Positions 36,096 to 49,949 of a DNA stretch of 61,203 nt are shown piece by piece. The notes beneath the pieces are model-generated. The model did not search any database and had not been told where the DNA came from. It saw only the letters and a program-made list of their open reading frames with translations. The stretch lies in the NCBI GenBank assembly GCA_004431415.1, contig QPMI01000592.1:1-61203 (forward strand), read 5' to 3'. Each line of letters begins with the position of its first letter. Position 1 is the stretch's first letter. The translations under genes and the position numbers were made by a program. Source of the stretch: Cyanophora paradoxa CCMP329. Its lineage: Eukaryota; Plantae; Glaucophyta.

Positions 36096-38997
36096 AGACG
36101 ACGGGGCGAACAGCGGAGCACAGGAGGGTTTGAAAGGCCCATTTGGAGTTTCGGTGAGGGCTTTAAACTAATATTCGAAGTACAGTCCAACAGTGCGCAC
36201 GTGCACGGCTCCGCGGCCGCCGGAGCGACATCCGGATCCGCCGGGAAGACTCTCGCTGGATCTTCAGAAGGAGGACACGCCGTGCCAGACGTAGAAGCAG
36301 ATACAGGGGCATCAGCTGAAGAGAACCTGCTGAGCGATGAGCACAGCCGAATTTCGGACAACCGTCTAGCTGCATGCGCCATGCTAGCTGGATGCACGTG
36401 CGCACCCAATCGGCAAATCCGGAGGTGATGCAGCTGCTCCTGCAGATGGGGCATCTGTGGCTCACCTAAACGCAGCTGCAGATCCATGGGGGACAGAATA
36501 AAGGGCGGACCGGGCAAGCTGTTCGTAGTGCGATTCGCAGGTCGACCACGCTTTGAGGGAGGCCTGCGAGCGAGATTGTGCAGCGTGTCGAGACGGACTG
36601 AGCGGTAGGGCGCATGGCGGGGCGCGCAGCGTGCAGCGCACCCTACGGGGACGCGAACATCGGCGATGGATTTGCTTCAACGTCCGTCGACTCCGTAGAC
36701 TTCGGTTTGCAATGGCGGGCCCTGCGGCAACGAGAGTAGACAAAGTACATGAGTGCGTGCGGAACAAGACGAACAGGCCCGATTCAGGCGCGCGGGCACC
36801 GAGTCTTCACCATGACCGCGCGTCCGATGGCTACAGGTGAGAACGGCCGGGCGACGGCAGATTTTTGTAATATGCCGATCAGCCGCAGAGGAGGCCTGAT
36901 TAGCACGGGGGGGTATCATTAAGGCGGCAAAACTGGCAATAGAAACCGGCTGCGATCCGGCGGCGAAACAGCCGTAGGGAGAGCAGACCCACCTGTTAAA
37001 TTGGACGGGTACGTGCGGCCAGGTAGACATGAGCCGCCGATGATCTGCAGATTCGTGCACAGTCGCTGACCTGGCTGTAAGCGCGACGGCGAAGCGCGAG
37101 CTCGGCGCCTGCAATAAAACTACATGGAAGGATGCGGTGCTACATCTGGTGACCCCCAGGGTGCGGGCTGTCACACGCACGACCGGCGAAAGCGCGCGCC
37201 GCTGTCAGAGGAAAATTAATTCGGTGCACAAACAGAGTACACGATTGACACGGAAGATCACAAGTTCCCTTCGGAAGTCCCAGTGATGCGGGAGAGCACT
37301 TCGCGCGCAGCGCCGACTTCCGAACTTGGCACAACGGACAATACGGTGACTGTGTACGTTCATATATGGCTTCCGAATAACAAACATTCACTTATAATAA
37401 TGCTCAGGATCGAAGAAGCACGAGAAAGCATCGATAATTCAAATCCATCGCCAAGCCACGTGACGACCTCGACGACAATTCTGGTGGGTATATACCCTAT
37501 AAATCAGAAGTCATGTGGATATGGTGCACTAAACCAAATTGTCATGTCAGCCCCGCCCCGAATTCTGCAGCGGCGGCTACTTATATAATAAAATATATTT
37601 GACATGACAGAAAGCACCGCAGCCCCCTAATCAACAGTCCTATAGCTAGTAGTCTTCAGACGAATCATATCCACATACATGGTCATCGTAGCAGTCCATT
37701 TCATTGCAGCAGAGACGATTGCAGATTTCGCCGCGGTCCTTGCCGTGTGTAAGGTCCTCTCCTGGCGCTGCTGGTGGTGCATGTCTCTCATTCCTGGCAC
37801 GAGGATCGCCGTATCCCGATAATGAATGTTCCGCTTCAGAATCCGCCGACAGCGTATAACTGTGTGATTGGGCAGAAGGTTGTGACAAAGAAGTAATCAA
37901 GCGCGCCCATGCGGGCATGAGCCCATGTTCGATCGGTACAGACATCGCATTTTATCATCTCGCTGCTATGTTCCTCACAGTAGAGGCTGCACAACAAGGG
38001 CGTCAGCTCCCGTCAGATATGTTGGTTTTGTGAGTAGGGTTGCAATTGAACACTTAAACGTCAGATATACACCACGCGAACCTGCCACAATCTTCCGATG
38101 AGCAACGGTATACCGTATGCTGACGACCGCAAGTACTGGCCATGGAGGGTTCGTGCAAGTCGTCATTGCAGAAAAGAATAGGACAGCCAGTGACGGATGA
38201 ACACTGAGCAAGCCGGCACGTTCGTGCGGGTTCGAGCGGGCATGGGCCGTGCATACCGTCGATGGCAGGCACGGTCCGTACGCATGTGCACACGCGACGG
38301 CAATCTCATCCCGGAACACGCTGCAGTCGAAGTAGGAGGTGGAACGGCTTCAGCTGACGGCACCATTACTATATGCTGGATCGAAATAACGTACCCCAAA
38401 CGGGTACCCTAGTCGCTTCATGGCTCAGATCCATACATGACCCAGGCTCCATGCATCTACTTAAGCTTGCCTGCGAGCATGCCGGGCTTGCCGCCCGCTC
38501 TTCCTCCGCCTAGCCCCCGCCCTTGCCCTTTGCCCCCCTGCCCGGCCCCCGCCCCCTCCTCCCCCACCGCCGCCGCATCCTCATCGTCCGCGGTCCTTGC
38601 CGCGCGATATGAGAATAGCGTACATACACATAGCGGATGCAGACCTGGATTAATCAGTCGTCGAGTACTACCACATCCAATTTCAAAAGGGCTATATAGT
38701 CCCAGGGGGCTTGACATATACTTGCACATCGCGCCTTAAAAGCTTGTATAGATAATCACATGATGTGCCATGAGGAGAGTGTACAACTGAAGAGAGGGTA
38801 CAAATTGCATCACGGGAATGGCACAAGTCACGCAGGAGGCAATAAACAAGTACGTGTGTACTGAACTAGCGACCGATAGTTCAAGCAGTTGATATATCTG
38901 AAGCGTAAAGGATGTCAAGTGCGTGGATATGCGAATCACGTAGATACACATAGCCGGGCGCATACCTGGGTTGATCAGTCGTCGAGCTCGAGGTCTA

Positions 38998-41214
38998 TCA
39001 CTTCCAATCTTGGAGGGGTACATCGTAGACGAGCTCGAATGGGTGGTAGCCGGCTCGTGCCAGTGTCATCGTATCGACGAGATTGGCATTGGTACGCGCA
39101 AGCTTAGCGGAGTGCTCGTAGGCTGCCTCGAGCGTTGTTTTGGCTGACTTGGTTGCCTCGTGCATCTCCTGGACAGCATCCTCGGTGGCCGATGCGCTCA
39201 GATGGCAGGCTTGTTGGCAGAAGTCGGAGACGGCACGTAGCCCCTTCTGGATCTCGGCGACTATTCCGCTGCGCTCCTTCTCTGCGGCGAGATACGCCCG
39301 GAAGTGGCCGGCCACCTCACGCGACACAGATATCACGCCAGATGTCGCCGGGGTGTCGAAGAAGACCTCGACGAGACTATCCGAAGCACCGTACGCCGCA
39401 GCGGCAGCTGAAGCTGCGTAGGGAGGGATGCGACGGGGTGACGAGAGGAGGCCACCGACGAGCCCCAGTGATTCGAGGCGATGACAATTGTGGACGATAT
39501 GCTCGAGGGAGTTGAACAGTATGACGTGCTCCTCAAGAGCAGGGACCGCAACGGGATCACGAGTCGCTTGAGGGAGTCCGAGCCAACGTGCTGGGCGAAG
39601 GACTTTATGTGGCTCGCACGGTACTTGTGGTCGAAGATGCGAGCAGCAGAAAGGTCGAGGGAGACGAGGGCATCGAGCGCCTTGCTGAGGCCGTCGCCGA
39701 GTACGGGAGCGTCGAGGGAGCACGGGGCAACGTAGGACTTCGGTGGTTTTCGGTAGGGCTCGCACGGGAAGGCACGCGCCGAGCGCGGACGGGATCTCGT
39801 TCTCGAAGTGGGTAATGTGGCTCTGGTAACCGCCGCCGCGCATGCCTGGACGATACAGACCGTTGAGATTGATGCGCATGGTCGATGGAGCCACCACCGT
39901 CGACGAGGGAATAATGCGAGTGCGCGGAGGCCAACTCTCGTACTCTCCGACGGCGTCGAAGAGGACGATCGAAGAGTCGCACTCGAACGTCAGAGAGAAG
40001 GTGCACGGGGCAGTGGTAGTATGAAGCAGTGCCCTCGTGGCTGTGACCAGGGGGATGGACCCACTGATGATGACTTCACGAGCATCGAAACGCGTCTCAA
40101 TGAAGAGACCGACGTTCGTCGCGCACTGGTACGCAATGGCTCCACAGAAATCTCGAGGCGTTCAAGAAAGTACGGACCAGCGGACCAGCGTCCGAAACTG
40201 CGCAGAGGCATGAGGGAAGATACTTGGAGATCGCGCATATTGTTTACGATCAATTTAAAATCACAAGTAAAAAAGTTCCGGTTCTGAGAAGGCACCAGAG
40301 CTAACAACGAGAAGGCGCACTTGTCAATTTGGGAGAATGTGGGGACGCTGATGCCAGGAAGCGACGGAGGGTCCAATTGCAGGTCGTCTAAGACGTGAAG
40401 CTCATCGACCGGGTGATCGTCGAAGACGAGCACTTTGGCTGACACCTCCTTGGCAACGTGGTACCATTTGACGTGAACGGGGCGCGCGCGCTCCGGCGGG
40501 ACGGCGCGAGTGGACAGCGCAAGCAACCACCGATCTGACGGATGGCTGGAGACTCCTCGGAGGGGCAAAAAGACTGCTTGACGACGGCGCCAAGGAACTC
40601 GGCAATGCGCCGGTGCGCCAGGGCGGACGTCGAAGATACGCGATACGATACGGAGTAGGCTGCTCTTGCCAGAGAGGAGGTGGTGGACCCAGCGACCGAG
40701 GAAGGCAAGAATAGGCGCGGTGTGCTGTTCACTAGAAAGGGGCTCCGCAGGGTTGACGTAGCCAACGTCGCGGAGCGCCGCGTCGAGGTCGAGAACGACG
40801 CCGCGCTTCCCGTGATAAGGGACCACGGACGACGACGACATGAAATACTGCGGGCCCGCCGATGCGTGTGTGCGAACGCCACAGCCGAACGGGGGTCTGA
40901 TCCGAGGTGACGCCATGATTTCGGCCATCACCAGGTCTGGAGCCCGTCCAGAGGAGAGAACCTGGAACGGATAGTGGTCGTGTGATAATCAGTACGTACG
41001 CGCTCAGCGGGCGGAAGTGGTCGGGTGCGGGCGCTGGAGGCATAGGGTGGGGTAGAAGCAAAGAGTGCAGTCTGGAAGCGTGGGGCCTGGGCTTGAGGAT
41101 GACGGGGAGTTGAAGGGGGCGGCCGGGACGAGGAGCTGGAGGGCAGCAAGGGGAAGGGGGTCTGAGTGCGGCAGAGCAGGTTGATGGAAGACTCGGCCCG
41201 GGCGGGGCGAGCAA
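38998..41214 (-). CDS. F-box/LRR-like protein, copy B (frameshifted)
   Basis: Colinear paralog of copy A, sharing LDLDAALRDVGYVNPAEPLSSEQH, HITHFEN and RRIP.YAASAAAAA.GAS.SL.EVF.DTP. Confidence 0.65.
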
Positions 41215-42560
41215 AGACGACGGGAGCGGTGAGCGGGCGGGCAGTGAGGATGACGGCTAGGAGTTGCAAGAGAGTGGTTGCAGGAACAGGGTCTTATACG
41301 TCACAAATGGCCTTAGAAGCGAAGTAAAAGAGTGCGCACAGGCACAGCTCTGCAGGAGCGTCGGCGGGATCCACATGGAGGGCCCTCGCAGGATCCTCAG
41401 CTGCAGGAGCTGGTTCCGCAGTGCCGGACGTACTCACGGATGCAGGGGCATCGGCAGGCGAGCACCTGCTGAACGATGAGGAACGGCGAGCATCGGACAC
41501 ACGCATGAGGGCCCGCGGCATTGCGGAGGCGAGTGTGTACCCGGTAGACGCATCCGTAGGTGCAGCAGACACAAGGCCCGGGAAGCTGCTGGAAGCAGCG
41601 TCCTCGGCGTCGAAGGAAGGTGGCGGACTGTGCACAGTATCCGTGGTGCGAGACGCAGTACGGGCACGCTCCAACAAGGACCTGCGCACGCAAGCGTGTA
41701 GGGAGACCAACTCAGTGATCATTCGACCGTTAGTGCCAGTCGGATACGATATACGCAAGTGCGGGGAGCTGGTGGCCAAGGGTGGGGGCCGGGCGAAGAG
41801 TGCATAGAGCGGGGCGGGGTGCTGGATGCACGTGGCGGAGGCGGGCGCCGGATGGCGGAAGAGGCACGGCGCCCTAGACCTAGAGTACAGGAGGAGTGCG
41901 GTAGGCACCGGGCGAGGACAGAGGACGGAATATGGCGGGCGGATGGGGTTGAGGGGACGGAGAGTTGTAGGGGGGCGGAAGGGGTGGGGAGCTGGAGGGC
42001 AGCAAGGGGAAGGGCTCTGAGCGCAGCAGGCAGGTTGATGGAGAACTCGAGCCGGGCGGAGAGAACTAAGACGAGGGAAGCAGTGAGCAGGCGGGCAGTG
42101 GGGATGACGGCTAGAAGTTGCAAGAGAGTGGTTGCAGGAACGGAGCCTTGTACGTCACAAATGACCTTATAAGCGACGTAGAAGAGTGCGCACGGGCACA
42201 GCTCTGCAGGAGCGTCGACGGAATCCACCTGGAGGCCCTCACAGGATCCTCAGCTGCAGGAGCGGGTTCCGCAATGCCGGACGTACTCGCGGATGCAGGG
42301 CATCGGCAGGCGAGTACCTGATGAACGATGAGGAACGGCGAGCATCGGAAACACGCATGGGGCCACGGCATTGCGGAGGCGAGTGTGCACCCGGTAGACG
42401 CATCCGTAGGTGCAGCAGGTCCAAGGCCCGGGAAGCTGCTGGAGGTAGCGTCCTCGGCGTCGGAGGAAGGTGGCGGACTGGGCACAGTATTCGTAGTGCG
42501 AGTCGCAGTACGGGCACGCTTCGAAACGGACCTGCGCACGCAGATGCGCAGCGGGACCGA
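41110..42560. repeat. About 850-bp-period tandem duplication of the F-box upstream region
   Basis: About 41110-41700 matches about 41960-42545 (e.g. GAGTTGCAAGAGAGTGGTTGCAGGAAC); a more diverged third copy lies at about 35990-36400. Confidence 0.85.
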
Positions 42561-42924
42561 GCCTTGGAATGAGCAGTAGTACTCGTGACGTGCACGTATA
42601 CGTAGCGAGCGGCGCACTCGCGATCGGCGGGAACGCGATCAACATCGGTAGGACCTACAATCGCGTCAGCCGGCCCCGCAGGCTTGCGGCCCTGCGGCAT
42701 CACATGTGGTCATCAGTGCAGGCATGGCAAGATGAACGATGCGATTGCGATTGCTTCACGCGGGCACCGACGTTTGGCCATGAAAGCGCTTCTGATAGCT
42801 ACATGGAAGGTTGGCCGGGCGAGGACAAGTTTTTGCTTGCACCAGTTGGCCGTCGACGCCTCCCGACTGGCACGGGGGTACCTGGCAGTGGGCAGGCCCG
42901 ACTGCAGGACTGAGAAGGCCCCGT

Positions 42925-43525
42925 ACAGCCTGCCCTGCGCAAGGACGACAAGTCCGTAAGCCGCTACGGTAGCAGCACAACAGGCATCCACCTCTTTTCC
43001 CGCCCGCCCCACCCGCGTCCCGGAACGGCGCGGAGAGGCGCGGCGGCGGCGCGGCTCGCCGGCGAAACAGTGCACGGCGGGCGACGGCATGGCTCGCCGG
43101 CAGGTGTGGAAGCGCGGCGGGCGGCGGCGCGGCTCGCGGGACGGTGCGGAGAGGCGGCGGACGGCGGCGCGGCTCGCCGGGCAGGGCGGAGGCGCGGCTG
43201 GCGGCGGCGCGCTCCGAGGCTCGCGGCCGGGCAGGGATACAGCGGGCGGCGGAGCAGCTCGCTGGGCGGGGCGGCGGGGCGGCGGGCGGCGGCGCGGCTC
43301 GCCACCGGGCGGCCTAGCCCTACGCCTAGCGAACGTTCGGCTGATACGTATACCTTTAGATGCTGTCTTTCAGCTAGAGTCTGTAGTTTAGACCCCACCA
43401 TGCACATCCTAAGACGATTAGGAGAGAAGGCCACGCACAGCCTGCGCTGCGCAGGGACGACAAGTCCGTAAGCCGGTACGGTAGCGGCACGACAGGCATC
43501 CACCCCTTTGCCCGCCCCGCCCGGC
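42925..43525. repeat. About 95-bp direct repeats flanking a GGCGGCGCGGCTCGC-type array
   Basis: GGACGACAAGTCCGTAAGCCG.TACGGTAGC...CAGGCATCCACC at about 42942 and 43455. Confidence 0.8.
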
Positions 43526-43751
43526 CCCGTACCCTCCTCCCCCACGCTACCGCCTTCTCCTCGTCCGCGTCGGGGTCGGGGTCGGGGTAAGGGGAATGCG
43601 GCGCGGAGGGCAGCAAGGAGAGTGCCGCGGCGGGGGCCGGGAGGCCCGGCGGCTTTCATGCCGGCGGAGATGTAGAAGGCGAGTTAGGCCGCAATGAGGC
43701 CGCCCCCTGTCCCCACCCAGCAAACTCTTTAATTACAGGGATCGAGGCATA

Positions 43752-45560
43752 TTATGATTCGTACGTAATATGCCCTCCACACCGTATAACTGGAAAACTA
43801 AAATTATAGATAGTGCTGTTCCGCGGATCGTTTGCGATAACGCAGCAATCACGCAGCACAAGTTGCCGTGGAGGGCAACATTCCAGCAATGACACAATTC
43901 CTGTCTCGATCATAACACCCGCAATGTGCGTCAAATTCAGCCTGGACGAGTTCAGCCCAGTTCAGACACGCAAAGCAAAAAAAGAGACATGCACCCCTCA
44001 AATGTTAGAATCAGTGGAGCAGACATTTTGGACAAAATCAGTTTCAGCAGATGCAAGACAAATCGAAATTCCCGAAACTCCAGCATCGTCCGTTCCTACG
44101 AAAGGAATCAATCAAAACCCAAGCCAGAGAAACAAGAGCATATACACATTGCAAGTACTTGCAAATATTCCAAAGAAACCGCGCCGGAATTAGGGTCCGG
44201 CATCATTATCTTGCACACTGAGTCTGCAAGGTCACCCTTGATTTTATCATAATACTGTTCTGCGTTGGGCAACATCATGCATTCCTCATTCAGCGGACTG
44301 CAATGCAAAGGGCAGTCCGCATCGATGCGAATGTAAAATCCAAATATCCTGAGTTGGTCCGATATAGTTGAAAAAAACTCCGACAATCGGACAGTTTCTG
44401 CTTCAATTGTTGAGTGGCGCCGTAGTGCACCTAGTGACACCATAGAATGATAGGACTGCAATACTATGCCGCCCAGAAACAATGGCTTCTTTCGTTCCTC
44501 CAGAACGGTCTGAAGGCGCGCAAGATCTGATTCCCTGGCATTCAAACAGATATCCAGCTGTGCTTCGAATAGTAACGGACACGCCTGATTTCCTCAAGCG
44601 TGAAATAAAGTTTCGCACCCGTGAAATTAGAGCAGACGGATAAGGACCGCAAAATGGGAGGTAGGCAATACATCTCTCATCAGCTGATTTAATGGTTGGT
44701 CCTTTGCGCAGAGGAAACGCAGTAGATATTGAAACACCCAATTCACTGAGGATTGACTGGTTGGCCACCTCGTTCAAGGAATTCAATAATTTACTGGAAA
44801 ATTCCTTCAGAACGACATCCATACACGGCCGATTTTGCTGTTCACTGGCTGTCTGTGACGGGAAAGAAAAGGATCGCTTCAGAATTAGATGGACACGTCA
44901 CAGTGTAAATCAGATTCACGAACCAACGCGTTATAACTGCTCGATGGGATCCGTACGAAACTCGACGTTCCCGAACCAGGCACAATTCGACAAGTAACTC
45001 ATCCGCACGCCCAGAGTGACTGATGAGACGAGGCAGTTCTACCAGTATTTCGTCCGTGGGTGCTGTGATAAAAACCATCCTCGTAACACTTCCAAAACCT
45101 AGACGAGGACGCAGGGTGTAAGATATGTATAATACGTGTCCTCGGCATCATAAGACGCGCACGTGCTCAAGAAGACCATTCTTAGGGTGCGACACTAGCA
45201 TCCCAACAGCCTGTAACGGTTTATAAGCTTGAATTGCGCTCATTGCGTTCCCCATGAACAAAAAGAGACGCACTTTCGAGAATGACTCAACACTTATATG
45301 AATGAGACCATTAGGTTTCCGCAAAAGGCCGCATCCATCTCGCACGAAGAACACAGCTTTGACGGGTTTGAAATTTCGAGCCTAAATCACAGGGGAAATT
45401 AGATTGAACCACTGCCAATGCAAAATACATCATGAACATCATCACGTACGACTCTTCTCCAGCTTTGACAGATTCTTCCGAGCACACAGACGACGGCCCT
45501 GTATTGATTGTTGCAGATAAAGTTCGCAATTATAAGGAAAATTCCAGGATTCTCGAACAC
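43752..45560 (-). pseudogene. Long orphan reading frame broken by frameshifts
   Basis: Abutting or overlapping minus-strand ORFs 45311-45529, 45148-45354, 44842-45078, 44403-44822, 44108-44545 and 43752-43934 in a visibly lower-GC island. Confidence 0.5.
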
Positions 45561-45739
45561 CTGCCCGAAAGCAGTGACGCTACAATTTTACATGATATAG
45601 AAGTATGTTAACCTGCTGCACTAGGTCCCGCATACGTGACCCTAGGCAAGGGGTCACACAGCGTGACATAGACGACCGCAACAGAGCAACGTACGCGTTA
45701 TCCGAGTGGAGATCATTGCAAGGCAATAGGATATAATTC

Positions 45740-46340
45740 CAGGAGTAAACGTAGGCCGTTGAGGACACGCCGCCGGTCGCGAGCATACGCGGATCCAACT
45801 CCGGCGGTCAACGATGCGCGTGAGATAAAAGCAAAGCGGCGGCAGGCATGAGCACGAGATTGCGCACAGGACGGAGGCGGTGAGGGCGGCGGACGACTAC
45901 GATGCAGTGACGGTTACGGGCGGATCTGAGCCATATTCCTGCAACACCTGTAAGCTCTGGCCGACCACGGACCACTACACAAGAAAGTCTGCACCGAGCA
46001 GCCTAAAACAAGGTAACGAGCACGCACTTCGACAAGGCAATAAGACTTAATTCCGGAGTAATCGTAGGCCGTTGAGGACACGCCGCCGGTCGCGAGCATA
46101 CGCAGATCCTACTCCGGCGGTCAACGACGCGCGTGAGACAAGCGGCGGCAGACATGAGCACGAAGCTGCGCACAGGACGGAGGCAGTGAGAGCGGCGGAC
46201 GACTACGATGCAGTGACAATTACGGGCAGGATCTGAGCCATATTCCTGCAACATCTGTAAGCTCTGGCCGACCACGGACCACTACGCAAGAAAGTCTGCA
46301 CCCGCGCAGCCTAAAACAAGGTAACGAGCACGCACTTCGG
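45740..46340. repeat. About 310-bp tandem duplication with partial third copy
   Basis: CGTAGGCCGTTGAGGACACGCCGCCGGTCGCGAGCATACGC at about 45750 and 46062. Confidence 0.9.
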
Positions 46341-46620
46341 AAATAAACAGCACCTACGGACGGACCGGAGCAAATCCCGGACGGCCGGGAATGCCTGCAA
46401 CCCTGTAAAGGTGTACCGGGCGGCAATTCACAGGGTATACCCCCAGTACATACCGACGGACGTACGTACACAAAAAGTGCACATCCGGGATCCAATGCAC
46501 AGCGAGCCGGCCCCGGAAATGCACAGCTTGATGTTCCGCAATGCGAAGTTGCTTCGTTGTCGCTTCCGCCTACCTTCTCCTGTACGCGTGTCTACATCCA
46601 TTGCACGCCCAACATGCAGC

Positions 46621-47368
46621 CTATACCGATGCAGGCGTCATCAAGCATTCACAACCCAGATACGAATAGAACGGTGGCTCAAGCCGAAGAGTAGATATAA
46701 GCACAGATTTTTGCAGGGAAAATAGACAGCTCGCAACCCGGCATATGCTTAATTTACGAGGTATGAGTGCATACACAAGGCACAAGGCAGAGAGTATGTC
46801 GTTCAACATCAGTTCCCTCGATTCAAATGTGACGGTGGTCTACTTACTATTACTAACCGGAAACCTACTGCCAAGTTATGCTCTGACAAAAACGACAGTT
46901 CGGGGGGGGACTTCTTCTTCGCAAACAATGAAGCGACAGATCTAGACGAATCAGCTGCATCCAGCTTGTCCACTATATCCGAAATGGACGGCACATTTAC
47001 TAAGTGTCGCAGATAGTCATAAATCTCTCTCATTCCAACCCCACTTGTAAAGGGAGCAGCCAGTAGCGGTACTAACATCTCCTCCCGGGTCGCAAGCAGA
47101 TATCCAATCTGAGACCCAAATTAAACACCGAGTGACCATGAGCACCCATGCCAGGAAAAAAAAGCACCTCGTATAACGTAAACGTCACGTCGGCCCTCGA
47201 GATATCAAACCCAAAGAAATTGGAACATGCAGCATTAAATCTAGATTTCTCGGCATCGACATCCTGAAACGAAGTCAGAACAACATCAGCAGGAGAGTAG
47301 CAAGTCGAAAAATTACGAATACCTGTATCGATGATCCAGAGCTTGACGTACCGGCAGCCTAGTCGCAC
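46621..47368 (-). pseudogene. Frameshifted orphan reading frame, possibly the 5' part of the 43752-45560 gene
   Basis: Three abutting minus-strand ORFs (47072-47368, 46809-47078, 46621-46809) with similar low-GC composition. Confidence 0.4.
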
Positions 47369-47559
47369 ATTAATTTAAATTGTACCCACGAGGCGAAAAT
47401 TAAACGTTACCTGTACATGAGTCGATGGCTCTAGACTCGGCATCCCGGAGGCAGAAAGGCTGGAAACACGGGCAGCACCCCGCCATGCCTGCAAGACGTG
47501 CGAGCTCGGACGTCACCATGTCAACTATAAGCAAGAGGCGACTCACGAAAAGGGGACGG

Positions 47560-48230
47560 CGGGGACAGCGGCCGATATCGGCGTGCCGACGGCCGAGAGC
47601 GGTGCCTGAGCCGAAGGACTGCAACGCGTCTAAGCTCGAAGAACGGAGAAGGCTGGCGAACCGAGAGGCGGCGCACAGAACCAGGGCGGGAGGAGCTGCA
47701 TTCGTCGAGTGCGCGCCGACGGCCTCGAGCTGCACCTGGGCCGGAGGACTGCAACGGGCGTAAGATTCTGCGCCCGACGCAACAGGCAAAGGGGTCGAAG
47801 CCTATAGGAGGCTGGCAAAAGCGAGAGGCGGCGCACAGAACGAGAGCGGGAGGGGCTGCATTCGTCGAGTGCGCGCCGACGGCCTCGAGATGCACCTGGG
47901 CCGGAGGACTGCAACACGTTTAAGCTCGAAGAGGAGGAGGCTGGCAAAAGCGAGAGGCGGCGCACAGAACCGGGCGGGAGGGGCTGCATTCGTCGAGTGC
48001 GTCGAGTGCGCGCCGACGTCCTCGAGCTGCACCTGGGCCGAAGGACTGCAACGCGTATAAGCTCAAAGCCCGGAGGAGGCTGGCAAAAGCGAGAGGCAGC
48101 ACACAGAAGCCGGGCGGAGGGGGTGCATTCGTCGAGTCCGCGCCGATGATGGACGACGGACGCGAGCCTCCTTCCATGAGTGGCACCGGCACCAACGACC
48201 TGCAACGCACGTGAAATTGGCACCCCGCCG
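47560..48230. repeat. About 125-bp tandem repeat, 4-5 copies
   Basis: Repeated GGCTGGCAAAAGCGAGAGGCGGCGCACAGAAC...GCTGCATTCGTCGAGTGCGCGCCGAC. Confidence 0.9.
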
Positions 48231-48239
48231 CGACAAGCA

Positions 48240-49480
48240 AGTGAGCAGGAAAGCGCATGGGACGAACGCGGTCGACGTCTGCGTCACGCGGCCGGCCGCA
48301 ATCATGGGTAGAATGGAAGACACATCTAAACCCTCAAAATATTGTAGCATAGGACGTCGAATGCGTAGATCAAGCAGTTTCTCACGAAATACTTTCCAGT
48401 GTCTTGTGCACATATTCTGGCTTAACTGTACGTTTAGATCAGCAGGCGCGTCGATTTCGTCATGCTTCCGCTTCCTCGAAGTAGAAGGATTCGAGTTGAC
48501 CGGAAGATCCGTAGGGAGAGGAACGAAAGGCTCCAAGTCTGTGATTGTAATAAATCGAAATATCAGCACAACGAGACATATAGGAATAAAAGATAAACAC
48601 ACTCAGTTTCCACCGAAGAAAATCGACTCTGACGAAATAACACAACGACGCAAGCATAAAAGCCCAACCAGTCTCGAGTGTTCAATATACAGTGCTGTGA
48701 GGACAGCAATGTCGTTTCCGTTGCGCACTCTCGAAGATGATCAGAGATGTGTTTGCCGACGTTGAACACAAGAGACGGCACTTCACCATCGATACGGACG
48801 CCAGAAGGAAGGGAAGGGGACAAAACAGGATGAAACATAGTCGCGATAGACTCCCCGACTTTACGAGCAGTATCCAAAACTGCTTTCACCTCGGAAATGT
48901 TGGCTGAAAAAACTCTCGCCATCCGCTGGACCCTTGAAACCTCTTGTGTGAAGATCACCGATGTCTGCTTGTTAGCAGAAAGATCTGAAGTCCCCTCCAC
49001 AATTGCTTCCGCAACGTGTACAGATCCCATGCCATCTGCAGGAGCACCACAGGCACAATCAATAATAAGAAAGGTACAGCCATTAAGGTGAGCACATACC
49101 ACATCACTGTCGTTCGATTTTGGTTGAGGAATGTCGATATCGTGCAACACACGTGCCTTCGTTCATCGTTAACTACAAAACAAATAATAAAAGGGGGAAC
49201 GTACCGCATCAGAACCCGATGGACCCTGACAATCGGAAGATTCAGCAGGTCTCTGAGAACCATGCTTAAGGTGAGCACATACCACATCACTATCGTTCGA
49301 TTTTGGTTGATGATTGTCGATATCGTGCGACACACGTGCCTTCGTTCATCGTTAACTACAAAACAAATAATAGAAGGGGGAACGTACCGCATCAGAACCC
49401 GATGGACCCTGACAATCGGAAGATTCAGCAGGTCTCTGAGAACCATGCTTGTTTCCCTTCTGTCTGCCCGCACTACTTCC
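48240..49480 (-). CDS. Hypothetical protein region (ORFs 48563-49150 and 48063-48602)
   Basis: Overlapping minus-strand ORFs in a lower-GC island; SRKRKHDE is NLS-like. Confidence 0.4.
49083..49450. repeat. Near-perfect 183-bp tandem duplication
   Basis: TTAAGGTGAGCACATACCACATCACT at 49083 and 49266. Confidence 0.95.
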
Positions 49481-49949
49481 ATGCCACCTCACTTTCGACA
49501 CTTCAGGCTTAGTTCGATAAGGAGACGGATAATCTACAACCGCAATGACGTCCGATTCAGCTGCAGCATACACAAACTTCAAACACACAGAACAGAGGAG
49601 GAATCGGAATGCGAATTCCACATACCCTCCGAAGATGAAGAAGCTCCCGAATTCGAAGGCGACGGTACGGGGGCCGCAAGGGATGCAGCCGGCAGAGGCG
49701 CGCCAGTTCCCGCGAGCGACGACTGCCCAGTACCCCTGCGACGCGATAAGGGTATCCAGCAGCGCATGAGCTCGGAGGCAAACATAAGCATCAAGTGCAC
49801 GAGGGTACGTACAGAACGGGGGCGGAGGGACCGGCAGTCGGACCACGGGCGGCAGGGCCAGCGGCCATCATGGCCCCGCCAACCGACGGGAGAAGCTCCT
49901 GCCCAAAAGAACTGCAACGCGACGCACGCACGGTCGCCCGGAGAACCAA

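Noticed and set aside
38391-38413. GTACCC-CAAAC-GGGTAC hairpin followed by CCTAGT as a Helitron 3' end
   Set aside because: The stem is only 6 bp, there is no 10-15-nt spacer before CTAG, and it is on the opposite strand to RepHel. It does share the GGGTAC box.
36500-38900. Short ORFs between the F-box copies
   Set aside because: No motifs or consistent exon structure.
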